Assembly: GCA_039028615.1 (NCBI GenBank)
Contig: JBCCHT010000030.1
Location: 1 to 28,150 of the forward strand
DNA length: 28,150 bases
From: Myxococcota bacterium
GTDB lineage: Bacteria > Myxococcota_A > Polyangia > Nannocystales > Nannocystaceae
Reading direction: 5' to 3'
In this document: positions 15,201 through 23,381 of the stretch, in pieces
How the letters are laid out: each line of letters opens with the position of its first letter
Position numbering within the stretch: position 1 is the first letter of the stretch
The notes under the pieces: generated by a model
Told to the model about the DNA's origin: nothing
Database searches by the model: none
The model's input: only the letters and a program-made list of their open reading frames with translations
Program-made: the position numbers and the translations under genes

Positions 15201-16055
15201 CTACTGCGTCAGGCGACCGCTGCGATAGTCGGAGAACGCCCGCTCCAGCTCCGCTCGGGTGTTCATGACGAAGGGCCCGTAGCGCGCCACCGGCTCGTCG
15301 ATGGGCTTGCCCGCCACCACCAGCACGCGCGTGCCCTCGTCGCCCGCCTCGACCCGAAGCCCGTCGCCCTCGCGACCCAGCACGGCCAGATTCCCGCGCG
15401 GCACCTCGTCGTCGTCCCCCAAGCGCGCCGTGCCCCCGAAGACATAGGCAAAGCCGTTGTGCCCGACGGGGATCGGCACATCGAGCGAGCCGCCCGCGGG
15501 CAGCTCCACGTCGAACATCACGGGCTGCGTCGCGACGCCGCCCACCGGGCCCACCTGGTCGCCGAACTGGCCTGCGACCACTCGCACCATGCCGCCCTCG
15601 GGCAGGGCCTGCTGGGGAATCTCGGACGGGTCGATGTCTTGGTAGCGCGGGTCGCCCATCTTGTCCTTGGCCGGCAGGTTGACCCACAGCTGAAAGCCCC
15701 ACATCAGCCCGTCTTCTTGCTTGGGCATCTCGGAGTGGATGATCCCTCGCGCCGCCGTCATCCACTGCACGCTGCCCGCCCGCAGGTTGCCCGTGTTGCC
15801 GACGCTGTCCTTGTGCTGCATCGACCCCGCCAGCATGTAGGTGACCGTCTCGAAGCCGCGGTGCGGGTGAGCGGGAAAGCCCGCGATGTAGTCGTTGGGA
15901 TCGTCGGAGCGAAACTCGTCGAGCATGAGGAAGGGATCGACCTGCGGGACTTGCGGCGTTCCCAGGCTCCGCATCAACCGCACGCCGGCCCCATCGGAGG
16001 TGTTCTGGGCCTTGGCGACTTTTTCGATGGAACGGGTCTGGAACTCGATGCTCAT
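15201..16055 (-). CDS. Pirin-family cupin protein (quercetinase-like).
   Basis: It carries the HPHRGFETVTYMLAG pirin signature and the cupin motifs. 284 aa. GAGG lies 8 nt upstream of ATG 16053-16055. Confidence 0.9.
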   Translation of the reverse strand: MSIEFQTRSIEKVAKAQNTSDGAGVRLMRSLGTPQVPQVDPFLMLDEFRSDDPNDYIAGFPAHPHRGFETVTYMLAGSMQHKDSVGNTGNLRAGSVQWMTAARGIIHSEMPKQEDGLMWGFQLWVNLPAKDKMGDPRYQDIDPSEIPQQALPEGGMVRVVAGQFGDQVGPVGGVATQPVMFDVELPAGGSLDVPIPVGHNGFAYVFGGTARLGDDDEVPRGNLAVLGREGDGLRVEAGDEGTRVLVVAGKPIDEPVARYGPFVMNTRAELERAFSDYRSGRLTQ

Positions 16056-16106
16056 GGCGTTTTCCTCTGCTCGACGACCAGCCTAAGCAATATCGCGGCC
16101 CGGCCA

Positions 16107-16122
16107 AGGCACACAGTGCGCA
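16107..16122 (+). promoter_or_regulatory. Candidate sigma-54-type -24/-12 element upstream of the membrane protein gene.
   Basis: aGGCACAcagtGCGCA has GG and GC with the 11-nt spacing of the TGGCACG-N4-TTGCA consensus. The -12 half is imperfect, GCGCA versus TTGCA. It lies about 135 nt upstream of ATG 16258. Confidence 0.2.
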
Positions 16123-16257
16123 ACAATCCGTGGCCGAATCTGGAACGATCGACGATTGTCCGCTCCGAGCCGGAATCGGACGCCGCAGCGCCCGGTTGCA
16201 CTTTTCGCCGAGGGCGTCATGGAGGCGCCCGGCACCCAAAAAGGAGACCGTAGTTTC

Positions 16258-17238
16258 ATGTGCACTGCAGGAGCAGGAGCCGTCCTCGACGCCATTTCGA
16301 GGATCCGCCGAGCCGAGCGTCAAATGGCCAGCCGCCGCGTCCAGCGGAGGCTCGTCCGCCCCAAGAGCCGCGAATGTGACACCCCCGATCGCTTCGACTT
16401 TCCCTGCTACTACCTGTGCTCGGAGTGCGGCTGGCTCGACCACGGCACCGCGCACCATCCCCATCGCCACGACGGCAGCGACACCACGCCGGGCGCCTGC
16501 CCTTCGTGCAACACCACCGCGTGGATCGATCTCGGCAACCGCAGCCTCTCCCAGAACTACCGCGACGCCGAGGCCTCCGAAGATCGCTTCGCGGCCGGGC
16601 ACTGGCGCCGCGCCAAGCTCATCCTCGGCGCGGGGTTGGGCGTCCTCGCGACGCTGGGAATCGCCACGGCCGTGCCGCTCATCGGTGAGTCGGGCTTGCT
16701 GCTCACCATCGTCGGCGGCCTGTCCTGGATGCTGGGAACCGCGGGCATCGGCGCGCTCATGGGACGTCGGGCTCGCGCCCATCGGCCTCCCCGCCGCTGG
16801 CGGCGGCCCCTGCCGGGCAAGAGCGTGACGGCCGAGTCCTCCGGCTCCAGCTTCACCCACGGTGTGCTCGAAGCCGAGGCCGACCTGCGTGCCCCCCTGA
16901 GCGGACAGCCGTGCGCCGCCTGGTCGATCCGCGTTCGCAGCGACCAGGGCCTGCTGCTCGACGAGCAGCAGCACGCCGCACTGGCCGTCGACGGTCGGGA
17001 GCTCGAGGGCAACACCGCCGCCCTCGACCTGGCGGGACACGAGGTCTACCGCCCCAACTCGAAGAGCCCCGAGTTCATCCGCTTCATGCAGCGCCGCGGC
17101 CTGTCCCCGCACGACGACTCGCTGCGCATCGAAGAGGCCTACCTGCGACCCGGGGTCCCCGTCGCGCTGTTCCGTCACACCTCGCCCCAAGGGCGCACGC
17201 TCATGCTGAGCCAAGCGCCCCGAGCCCTCGCCGCCTGA
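16258..17238 (+). CDS. Membrane protein with an N-terminal zinc-ribbon-like CxxC...CxxC and two TM helices. Function unknown.
   Basis: ATG 16258 is preceded by a perfect AAGGAG at 16241-16246. CYYLCSECGW...CPSCNTTAW are two CxxC pairs. TM helices are LILGAGLGVLATLGIATAVPLIG and LLLTIVGGLSWMLGTAGIGAL. An Arg-rich stretch is followed by a ~150-aa C-terminal domain. Confidence 0.55.
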   Translation: MCTAGAGAVLDAISRIRRAERQMASRRVQRRLVRPKSRECDTPDRFDFPCYYLCSECGWLDHGTAHHPHRHDGSDTTPGACPSCNTTAWIDLGNRSLSQNYRDAEASEDRFAAGHWRRAKLILGAGLGVLATLGIATAVPLIGESGLLLTIVGGLSWMLGTAGIGALMGRRARAHRPPRRWRRPLPGKSVTAESSGSSFTHGVLEAEADLRAPLSGQPCAAWSIRVRSDQGLLLDEQQHAALAVDGRELEGNTAALDLAGHEVYRPNSKSPEFIRFMQRRGLSPHDDSLRIEEAYLRPGVPVALFRHTSPQGRTLMLSQAPRALAA

Positions 17239-17260
17239 CCGCGGCCCGGGCTGCCCCCTC

Positions 17261-17293
17261 GAGGCCATCCCTTCCCCGGGATGGCCTCTTTTT
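17261..17293 (+). terminator. Rho-independent terminator of the membrane protein gene.
   Basis: Perfect 11-bp stem GAGGCCATCCC / GGGATGGCCTC with loop TTCCCC, followed by TTTTT. It is 22 nt after the stop at 17236-17238 and lies between convergent genes. Confidence 0.7.
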
Positions 17294-17306
17294 CGTGGGC
17301 GCGACC

Positions 17307-18053
17307 TCAGCCGTAGAGCAGCCAGCTGATGCCGAGGTTCAGCAGGATGCACATCACCGCGCCGTGGACGATGGCGCGGTTGGTCGCGACGCCGACGCCC
17401 TCGGCCCCTTCCTTCTTGGCCGCCCGGTAGCCGTGGAAGGTGGCGATGAGGGCGACGAGCCAGCCGAAGATGAGGCCCTTGAACATGCCGACGCCCAGAT
17501 CGGCGAGGCCGACGAAGACGTGGAGCTGGCTGATGAAGGTGCCGCCGTCGAGGCCGAGCTGGTACACGGCGCCCGCGTAGCTGGCCCCGATGCCGATGAC
17601 GTTGGCGTAGCCGCACAAAAGCGGCAGGGCGAGCGTGACCGCCCACAGGCGCGGCGCCACGAGGTGGCGCATGGGGTCGATGCCCATGACCTCGAGCGCC
17701 TCGACCTGCTCGCTGATCTTCATGTTGGCCAGGGCCGCGGCCAGGTTGGCGCCGATCCGCGCCCCACAGACCACGGCGGCCATGACCGGGTACAGCTCGC
17801 GCACGCCCCCCACGCCCGCGAACATGCCGAGGAAGTCTTGCCCGCCGAAGCGCTCGAAGGTGGCGTAGGACTGCACCGAGAGGTTGAGCCCTGCGAATAG
17901 GGTGAGCACGGTCAGCAGACCCACGCTGCCTACGCCCGCTTCGTAGGTGTGCCGCACCAGCGGACCCAGGGGCGGAACCTGGGAGAACTGGGCCACGAGC
18001 GCCTGGCGTACGAACACCAGGAACTCGGCGAAGACCTTCAGGGGCGAGTTCAA
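17307..18053 (-). CDS. MlaE/YrbE-family ABC transporter permease, paralogue 2.
   Basis: VVCGARIGANLAAALANMKISEQVEALEVMGIDPMRHLVAPRLWA aligns with the MlaE core [31 protein letters not shown]. The probable TTG start at 18053 overlaps the upstream gene's TGA (ATTTGA) and has an AGGGGCGGGGA SD-like run. The ORF-track N-terminal extension is antisense overlap. Confidence 0.75.
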   Translation of the reverse strand: MNSPLKVFAEFLVFVRQALVAQFSQVPPLGPLVRHTYEAGVGSVGLLTVLTLFAGLNLSVQSYATFERFGGQDFLGMFAGVGGVRELYPVMAAVVCGARIGANLAAALANMKISEQVEALEVMGIDPMRHLVAPRLWAVTLALPLLCGYANVIGIGASYAGAVYQLGLDGGTFISQLHVFVGLADLGVGMFKGLIFGWLVALIATFHGYRAAKKEGAEGVGVATNRAIVHGAVMCILLNLGISWLLYG

Positions 18054-18808
18054 ATCCCCGCCCCTAAAAGCGCCATGCTGACGACGTAGTCGACGAGCAG
18101 GATGAGCACGATGGTGTAGACCACCGTGTCGTTGGCGGCCTTGCCCACCGCCTCGGCGCCGCCGCGGGTGTTCATGCCCAGGTAGCCCGCGATGAGCCCG
18201 ACCGCCGTGCCAAAGAGCGCGCACTTGCCCAGGCCCACCCACAGGTCGGCGGGGGTGATCTGGGCGGTGAGGTGCTCGATGAAGGCCCCGTGGTTGACCC
18301 CGCCCAGCGGCACGGCAAAAAACCACCCCGAGACCAGCCCGAGCACGTTGGTCATCACGTTGAGCAGCGGGGTGACGAAGAAACAGGCGATGACGCCGGG
18401 CACCACCACATAGCGCATCGGGTCGACGGACATCACCGCGAGGGCGTCGATCTGCCCGCGCACGCGCATGGTGCCGATCCGCGCCGCGATGGAGGAGCCG
18501 GCCTGCGCCGCGACCATGACCGAGGCCAACGCGGGGCTGTACTCGCGGAAGATGGCGGTGCCGAGCAGCGAGCTGAGCATGCGCTCGAGGCCGAACATGC
18601 GGAAGATCTCCAGCCCCTGCAGCGAGATCACGGCCCCGATGGGCGCCACCGCCAGTCCCACGGGGAGGATGCAGCGCTTGACCAGGGCGGCCATGATCCG
18701 CACCGTCTCCGCGATGTAGCGCGGTCGCGTCGCGGCGATGTAGAGCACGTCCCCGAAGAAGGCGAACATCGCCCCGATCGTCGACAGCATCTGGAGGATG
18801 GGGCGCAC
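18050..18808 (-). CDS. MlaE/YrbE-family ABC transporter permease, paralogue 1.
   Basis: VMVAAQAGSSIAARIGTMRVRGQIDALAVMSVDPMRYVVVPG is a clear MlaE-family match (PF02405) with multiple TM segments. The start is GTG 18808, or ATG 18790. Confidence 0.8.
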   Translation of the reverse strand: MRPILQMLSTIGAMFAFFGDVLYIAATRPRYIAETVRIMAALVKRCILPVGLAVAPIGAVISLQGLEIFRMFGLERMLSSLLGTAIFREYSPALASVMVAAQAGSSIAARIGTMRVRGQIDALAVMSVDPMRYVVVPGVIACFFVTPLLNVMTNVLGLVSGWFFAVPLGGVNHGAFIEHLTAQITPADLWVGLGKCALFGTAVGLIAGYLGMNTRGGAEAVGKAANDTVVYTIVLILLVDYVVSMALLGAGI

Positions 18809-18821
18809 GAGCGCGTCGTTT

Positions 18822-19775
18822 TTAGCTCACCTCGTCGGAACCGAACAGCTCCGCGAGCGCGCCGACCAGCGCGTCGTCGGGGCGGCCGCCGACCGCGGCG
18901 CGAACCCGCGTGGCGAGGCCCGAGTCGTGGGCAAAGGTGGCCAACGCCTGGAGCGCATCCTGGGCCTCGCCGCGGGAGCCATCCTCGATCCACTCGAGCA
19001 GGGCCGCCCAGGCCGCTTCGGTCCGCAGCATGGCGATGCCCAGCATCAGCACCGAGCGGCGCCCGCTCAGCACGTCGAGCTCCACGCGCTCGCGCAGGGG
19101 CACCAGCGCGTCCGCGAGCCGCGACTCGCCCAGCGCCAGCGCGGCCGCTTCGACGATGGCCTCGTCGGAGGAGCGCAGCAGCTCGGCGACAAAGGGCAAG
19201 CCCGAGCGCGAGGCGAGCTGCAACAGCGCCACCAGGCATTCCCCCAGCACGTCGGGGTCCGGCTCGCCCGCGGCGATGCGCAGGCGCAGCAACGGCTCGC
19301 CCACCTCGACGTTGCCCGACGCCGCGATCGCCCGCGCGGTGGCGGTGCGGGTCGCGACCTCGGGATCGGCCAGGCCCTGGGCGGCCTCGACCATCGCCCG
19401 CGGATGCCCGCGCTCGGCCAGCGCCATCAGGCACACCCCGCGCAGCTCGGCCGCGCTGTCGACCTTGCCGCCCCAGACCGGCTCGTGTTGCACGTAGCGA
19501 GCGCCCCGCACGAACAGCTCGTCGTCCCCCGCGTCCGCATCACGCAGACGTTTGACGATGGCCGTCTTGCCCGTGCACTGCGGGTCGCGTTTGTTCGGGT
19601 CCTTGCACAGGCGCTCGAACGCGGGGCCCAGGCGCTCGAGCAAGTCGGGAAGATCGCCGAGGGCCGGGATCGCGGTGGCGATGAGCAAGCCGCTGGTGCT
19701 CGCCAGGGCGCGCACGATGATCTTGCGTGCATCCGGGGCGGTCGGGTCGGCCACCGCCTCCCGCAGCGCGGCCAT
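18822..19775 (-). CDS. HEAT-repeat (PBS-lyase type) protein.
   Basis: ATG 19775 (MAALREAVADPT) lies 17 nt after the methyltransferase stop. The ORF-track GTG at 19865 would overlap that gene. It has Ala/Leu/Glu-rich helical repeats such as SDEAIVEAAALALGESRLADALVPL and DPEVATRTATARAIAASG. It ends 13 nt before the first permease. Confidence 0.7.
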   Translation of the reverse strand: MAALREAVADPTAPDARKIIVRALASTSGLLIATAIPALGDLPDLLERLGPAFERLCKDPNKRDPQCTGKTAIVKRLRDADAGDDELFVRGARYVQHEPVWGGKVDSAAELRGVCLMALAERGHPRAMVEAAQGLADPEVATRTATARAIAASGNVEVGEPLLRLRIAAGEPDPDVLGECLVALLQLASRSGLPFVAELLRSSDEAIVEAAALALGESRLADALVPLRERVELDVLSGRRSVLMLGIAMLRTEAAWAALLEWIEDGSRGEAQDALQALATFAHDSGLATRVRAAVGGRPDDALVGALAELFGSDEVS

Positions 19776-19792
19776 CCGCTGGTCGAAGCTCT

Positions 19793-20392
19793 TCAAGTCG
19801 CGAACAACCCCAGCTGGCGATCGTCGACGACGTCGGGGCGCCGCGGACCGCCCTTGGGTGACCACGCGGGCACCTGCCGTCGGCGCTCGAGCTCGAGCAG
19901 CCAGCGCTTGGCCTCGAGACCCCCGCCGAAGCCGGTCATCGATCCATCCGCCCCCACGACCCGGTGACAGGGCACCACCACCGCGATGGGGTTCTGTCCG
20001 TTGGCCAGCCCCACCGCCCGCGATGCGCCCGGGTTGTCGAGGCTCTTGGCCTGCTGACCGTAGCTGCGCGTCTGACCGAAGGGGATGTCGATCAAAGCCT
20101 GCCAGGCGCGGCGCTGGAAGTCGGTGCCGAGCAGCCGCAGGGGAAGGTCGAAGTCACGTCGCTGCGCCGCGAGGTACTCGTGCAGCTGAACGACCGCGGG
20201 ACTCTGGTCACGGTCGTCCTCGACCAGCTCCGCCCCGTGGCGCTCGACGAAGCCCGCGAGGTCCTTTGTTCGTGACTCGGTGTCGAACCAAAACCCGAGA
20301 TAGACGAGCACGTCGTCGGCATCGACCACCACCGTCAGCGGCAGCTGCGAGTGCTTCATCCAGGTCACCCGAAACAGTTCGCGGGCCGTCAC
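19793..20392 (-). CDS. ogt: Methylated-DNA--protein-cysteine (O6-alkylguanine) methyltransferase.
   Basis: It has the active-site PCHRVV and the helix-turn-helix IPFGQTRSYGQQA...NPIAVVVPCHRVVGADGSMTGFGGGLEAKRWLLELE. The N-terminal domain is PLTVVVDADDVLVYLGFWF. The start is GTG 20392, or ATG 20359. Confidence 0.85.
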   Translation of the reverse strand: MTARELFRVTWMKHSQLPLTVVVDADDVLVYLGFWFDTESRTKDLAGFVERHGAELVEDDRDQSPAVVQLHEYLAAQRRDFDLPLRLLGTDFQRRAWQALIDIPFGQTRSYGQQAKSLDNPGASRAVGLANGQNPIAVVVPCHRVVGADGSMTGFGGGLEAKRWLLELERRRQVPAWSPKGGPRRPDVVDDRQLGLFAT

Positions 20393-20520
20393 CCCGCCTT
20401 TTTAGCCCGAATTCGAGGAGCACACGGCCGGGTCGAGAAAATTTGACTCGCCTGCCCGGGGCTCGCAGCATCGGAGGGGTGAGTCCCTCGGCCCCATCGC
20501 GCTGGCGCGCGCGCATCGAC

Positions 20521-22131
20521 ATGTTGACCGGGGAAGGGCGCTGGCGGGCATTGTTGGCGGCGGGAGCCGTGGTGGGCCTGGGCGCATACTGGAGCTGCGC
20601 GACCTCGATCCCGCCAGAGACGATCGCGGTGAACGGCGCGGAGTCGCCGAGCGCGCCGGAGCCCGCCGCCGAGGCGAGCGGGACCGACCCCGAGCCCACG
20701 CCCACCGACGAAGAGCCGCCGCTGCTGCCCGTGCTCAACAAAGAGGCGCTCACCGCCCGGCTCGCGGCCCAGCAATCGCTGCTCGGCAAAGACCTCTTCG
20801 AAGACGCGCAGGGCAAGCCCATCCCCTGGATCACCCCGCAGGACGAGATTCCCGGGGGCGGCGACGGTCCGGGCTCGAGTTCGGCCGACGACACCTTGCT
20901 CGACAGCCTGCCCGGCTCCTCCGGCCTGGGCGGGACCGACGGGGCGAGCACCGGGCGGGTCATCAACGGCAACGCGCTCGGGCTGTTCGTGCCCATCGAG
21001 GCGCCCCCCGGCGGCGAGTCGCCGCTATCGAACTTTTACGCCGCGCTCGAAGACCTGCGAGCGGGCAACGACCCCGACGGCAAGGTCCGCGTGCTCGTGT
21101 ACGGCGGCTCGCATACCGACGCCGACGTCTACACCCAGTACCTGCGCCGCTACCTGCAGCAGCGCTTCGGCGACGGCGGGCACGGCTTCGTGCAGGTGGC
21201 CAAGCCCTGGCGGTGGTATCGGCACGTCGACTACCGGGTCGAGGGCGCCAAGTACTGGAAGACCGAGCACGCCCAGCGCCGCAGCGGTCGCATGGACGGG
21301 CTCTACGGTCTGATGGGCTGTAGCCTCGCCGCCAAGAACAAGCGCGCCTTCGGGCGCGTGATCCCCCGGGGCGAGTCGGTCGGGGCCGAGTACGACCTGC
21401 TGTTCTTGCGCCAGCCCAAGGGCGGCAGCTTCAAGCTCCTGGCCGACGGCAAGGTCCTGAAGACCATCAAGACCCGCGCCGACGCGTTCGAGCCGGGGCA
21501 CCACCGCTTCACCCTCCCCGAGGGTCAGCACGAGATCGAGATCGACCTCATCGGCAACGGCGAGGTGCGGGTCTTCGGCATGACCATCGAGCGCGAGCAG
21601 CCGGGCGTGGTCATCGACACCCTGGGCATCGGCGGCACGCGGGCGGCCAACATGCTGAACTGGAACGAGGAGATCTGGGCCGACAACGTCAAGGCCCGCG
21701 ATCCCAACCTCGTGGTCATGTTCTACGGCACCAACGAAGCCACCGACGCCGACCAGCCGATCCGCAAGTACGAGCGCGACCTCCGAGAGGTGCTGAAGCG
21801 CTTCTCCACCATGGCCCCGCAGGCGAGCTGCTTGTTGATGGGTCCGGGCGACTTCCCCCGCAAAGACGAAGAGGGGCGCTGGCACAACCGTCAGCGGATC
21901 GACGACATCATCGAGGTGCAGCGGCGCGTGGCGGCGGAGCACGGCTGCGGCTTCTGGGACACCAAGGCCTTCATGGGCGGTGAGCTGTCGATGACCCGCT
22001 GGGCCGCCGCGCAGCCCCCCATGGCGAAGCAGGACCACATCCACTTCACCAAGCGGGGCTACGTGCGCATCGGCATGGCGCTGGTCGACGCGATGATGGT
22101 CGAGTTCGACGGCGGCAGCCTGACCGACTGA
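20521..22131 (+). CDS. SGNH/GDSL-type hydrolase with an N-terminal signal-anchor and an acidic linker.
   Basis: ATG 20521 gives MLTGEGRWRALLAAGAVVGLGAYW, hydrophobic. The 859-aa ORF upstream of it is antisense to the methyltransferase and HEAT genes. SGNH blocks are VLVYGGSHTDAD (block I, the Ser-containing motif replaces GDS), MFYGTNEA (block III) and DHIHFTKRGY (block V, D..H). Confidence 0.7.
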   Translation: MLTGEGRWRALLAAGAVVGLGAYWSCATSIPPETIAVNGAESPSAPEPAAEASGTDPEPTPTDEEPPLLPVLNKEALTARLAAQQSLLGKDLFEDAQGKPIPWITPQDEIPGGGDGPGSSSADDTLLDSLPGSSGLGGTDGASTGRVINGNALGLFVPIEAPPGGESPLSNFYAALEDLRAGNDPDGKVRVLVYGGSHTDADVYTQYLRRYLQQRFGDGGHGFVQVAKPWRWYRHVDYRVEGAKYWKTEHAQRRSGRMDGLYGLMGCSLAAKNKRAFGRVIPRGESVGAEYDLLFLRQPKGGSFKLLADGKVLKTIKTRADAFEPGHHRFTLPEGQHEIEIDLIGNGEVRVFGMTIEREQPGVVIDTLGIGGTRAANMLNWNEEIWADNVKARDPNLVVMFYGTNEATDADQPIRKYERDLREVLKRFSTMAPQASCLLMGPGDFPRKDEEGRWHNRQRIDDIIEVQRRVAAEHGCGFWDTKAFMGGELSMTRWAAAQPPMAKQDHIHFTKRGYVRIGMALVDAMMVEFDGGSLTD

Positions 22132-22140
22132 GGGCTCGAG

Positions 22141-23319
22141 CTAGGGTCCCGTCGGCTCGTCGACGAGTTCACACGGCAGGTAGGGTCCAACCACCTCGAG
22201 GGTGTCCTCGCCGCTGCCGACGATCTCGTCGACGCCGTCACCATCGACGTCCACCACCGCGATGGGCTCGAAATCGGGGCGCTCGAGGCCGATCCCCTGC
22301 ACGAGGTTCACGCCGCCCGCCTCACCGAAGCTGAGGCTCAGCGAGCTCCCCGCGCCTTGCATGTGATCGAAGACGCCGTCACCGTCGAAGTCACCTCGCA
22401 GATCGGACGAGACGTTGGTGCGCGCGATCAGGCTCCCGCTCTGAACGGAGAAGATCGTGTCGTTGATGAAGACCTCGTCGCCGGAGTCCGTGAGGAACTC
22501 GCCCAGCGAACGCAGCACGAGCTCGTTCGTAAAGTCAGTCGCGGCGTCTTGGGTGAAGGAGCCATCGAGCCCGACCTCGAACACCGCGACGCGCGTTTCC
22601 TCGTCCACGAGACCACAGGAGTCCTTCACCCCTCGCGCGGCGAACCGGGTGGCGCCGTCCCAGTGGGCCACGAGCTGCTCGATGCAGTAGATGTCGGAGT
22701 GAAACTCGCCCTCCTGTGCGAGCTCGTAGGTGCGATCGGGCAGCGCCCGATAGCTGTGCAGGTCGTCGCCCTCGTGGACCATGACGATGTCGAGCACGCC
22801 GTCGCCATCGAAGTCCATGAAGTCCGCGTTGGTACCCAAGAGTAGGCCGGGGAGCTCCTGCTCGACGACCACGGGCTGACCCGTCTCGAGCGGGCCGTAG
22901 GCCACCGCGACGCGAGCCGTACCGAACATCCCGAGATCGACGTGACCATCGCCGTCGATGTCTCGCAGGTGCATCCGGGTGGAGGACAAAAAGAAGCCCA
23001 GGTCGAGTTCGAAGGCCGGACGGCGCTCGAAGGGCGGCCCCCCCGGGGTCCCCGTCAGCAGGGTGACGATCCAGAACTCGCCCGTCCCCAGGTCGTTCGT
23101 GCTGATCCCGACCAGGCTGCCCATGCCGCTGCCATCGACGCGACCGGCGACCCAGCGCTCGGGCAGCAGCGGCGGATCGAGCTCGACGATGCGGATCGGA
23201 TCGAAGCAGTTCCCCTCGTCGGCGTCGGCGGCGGACGACGGATCCTCGGGGAGCAGAACGCACGCCGACCCCAGCACCGCGACCGCGCCGAGGGCCAAAC
23301 TACGCCAAGCCAAGTTCAT
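22141..23319 (-). CDS. FG-GAP/VCBS-like repeat lipoprotein.
   Basis: ATG 23319 gives MNLAWRSLALGAVAVLGSAC with lipobox LGSAC. It repeats D-x-D-G-D-G calcium-binding-like motifs: DIDGDGHVD, DFDGDGVLD, DFDGDGVFD, DVDGDGVDE. It is the C-terminal 392 aa of the fused 868-aa track ORF. Confidence 0.65.
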   Translation of the reverse strand: MNLAWRSLALGAVAVLGSACVLLPEDPSSAADADEGNCFDPIRIVELDPPLLPERWVAGRVDGSGMGSLVGISTNDLGTGEFWIVTLLTGTPGGPPFERRPAFELDLGFFLSSTRMHLRDIDGDGHVDLGMFGTARVAVAYGPLETGQPVVVEQELPGLLLGTNADFMDFDGDGVLDIVMVHEGDDLHSYRALPDRTYELAQEGEFHSDIYCIEQLVAHWDGATRFAARGVKDSCGLVDEETRVAVFEVGLDGSFTQDAATDFTNELVLRSLGEFLTDSGDEVFINDTIFSVQSGSLIARTNVSSDLRGDFDGDGVFDHMQGAGSSLSLSFGEAGGVNLVQGIGLERPDFEPIAVVDVDGDGVDEIVGSGEDTLEVVGPYLPCELVDEPTGP

Positions 23320-23381
23320 CACGCTGGATGATGACACGCGGTTCGAGCTTGCGCCTGGCCCAGTGGCGAACTGACGCATTG

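Noticed and set aside
15136-17646. 836-aa minus-strand ORF, and the 374-aa plus-strand ORF at 15129..16253
   Set aside because: Both are shadow frames spanning the pirin gene, the membrane-protein gene and the terminator hairpin. The composition is extremely Arg/Gly-rich.
19552-20520. N-terminal 323 aa of the 859-aa SGNH ORF
   Set aside because: It is antisense to the ogt and HEAT genes and is Arg/Pro-rich. The genuine start is ATG 20521, after the divergent intergenic region.
20393-20520. TTGACT hexamer at 20441-20446 as a -35 box
   Set aside because: There is no acceptable -10 at the right spacing. The divergent promoter region is real but the elements are not identifiable by eye.
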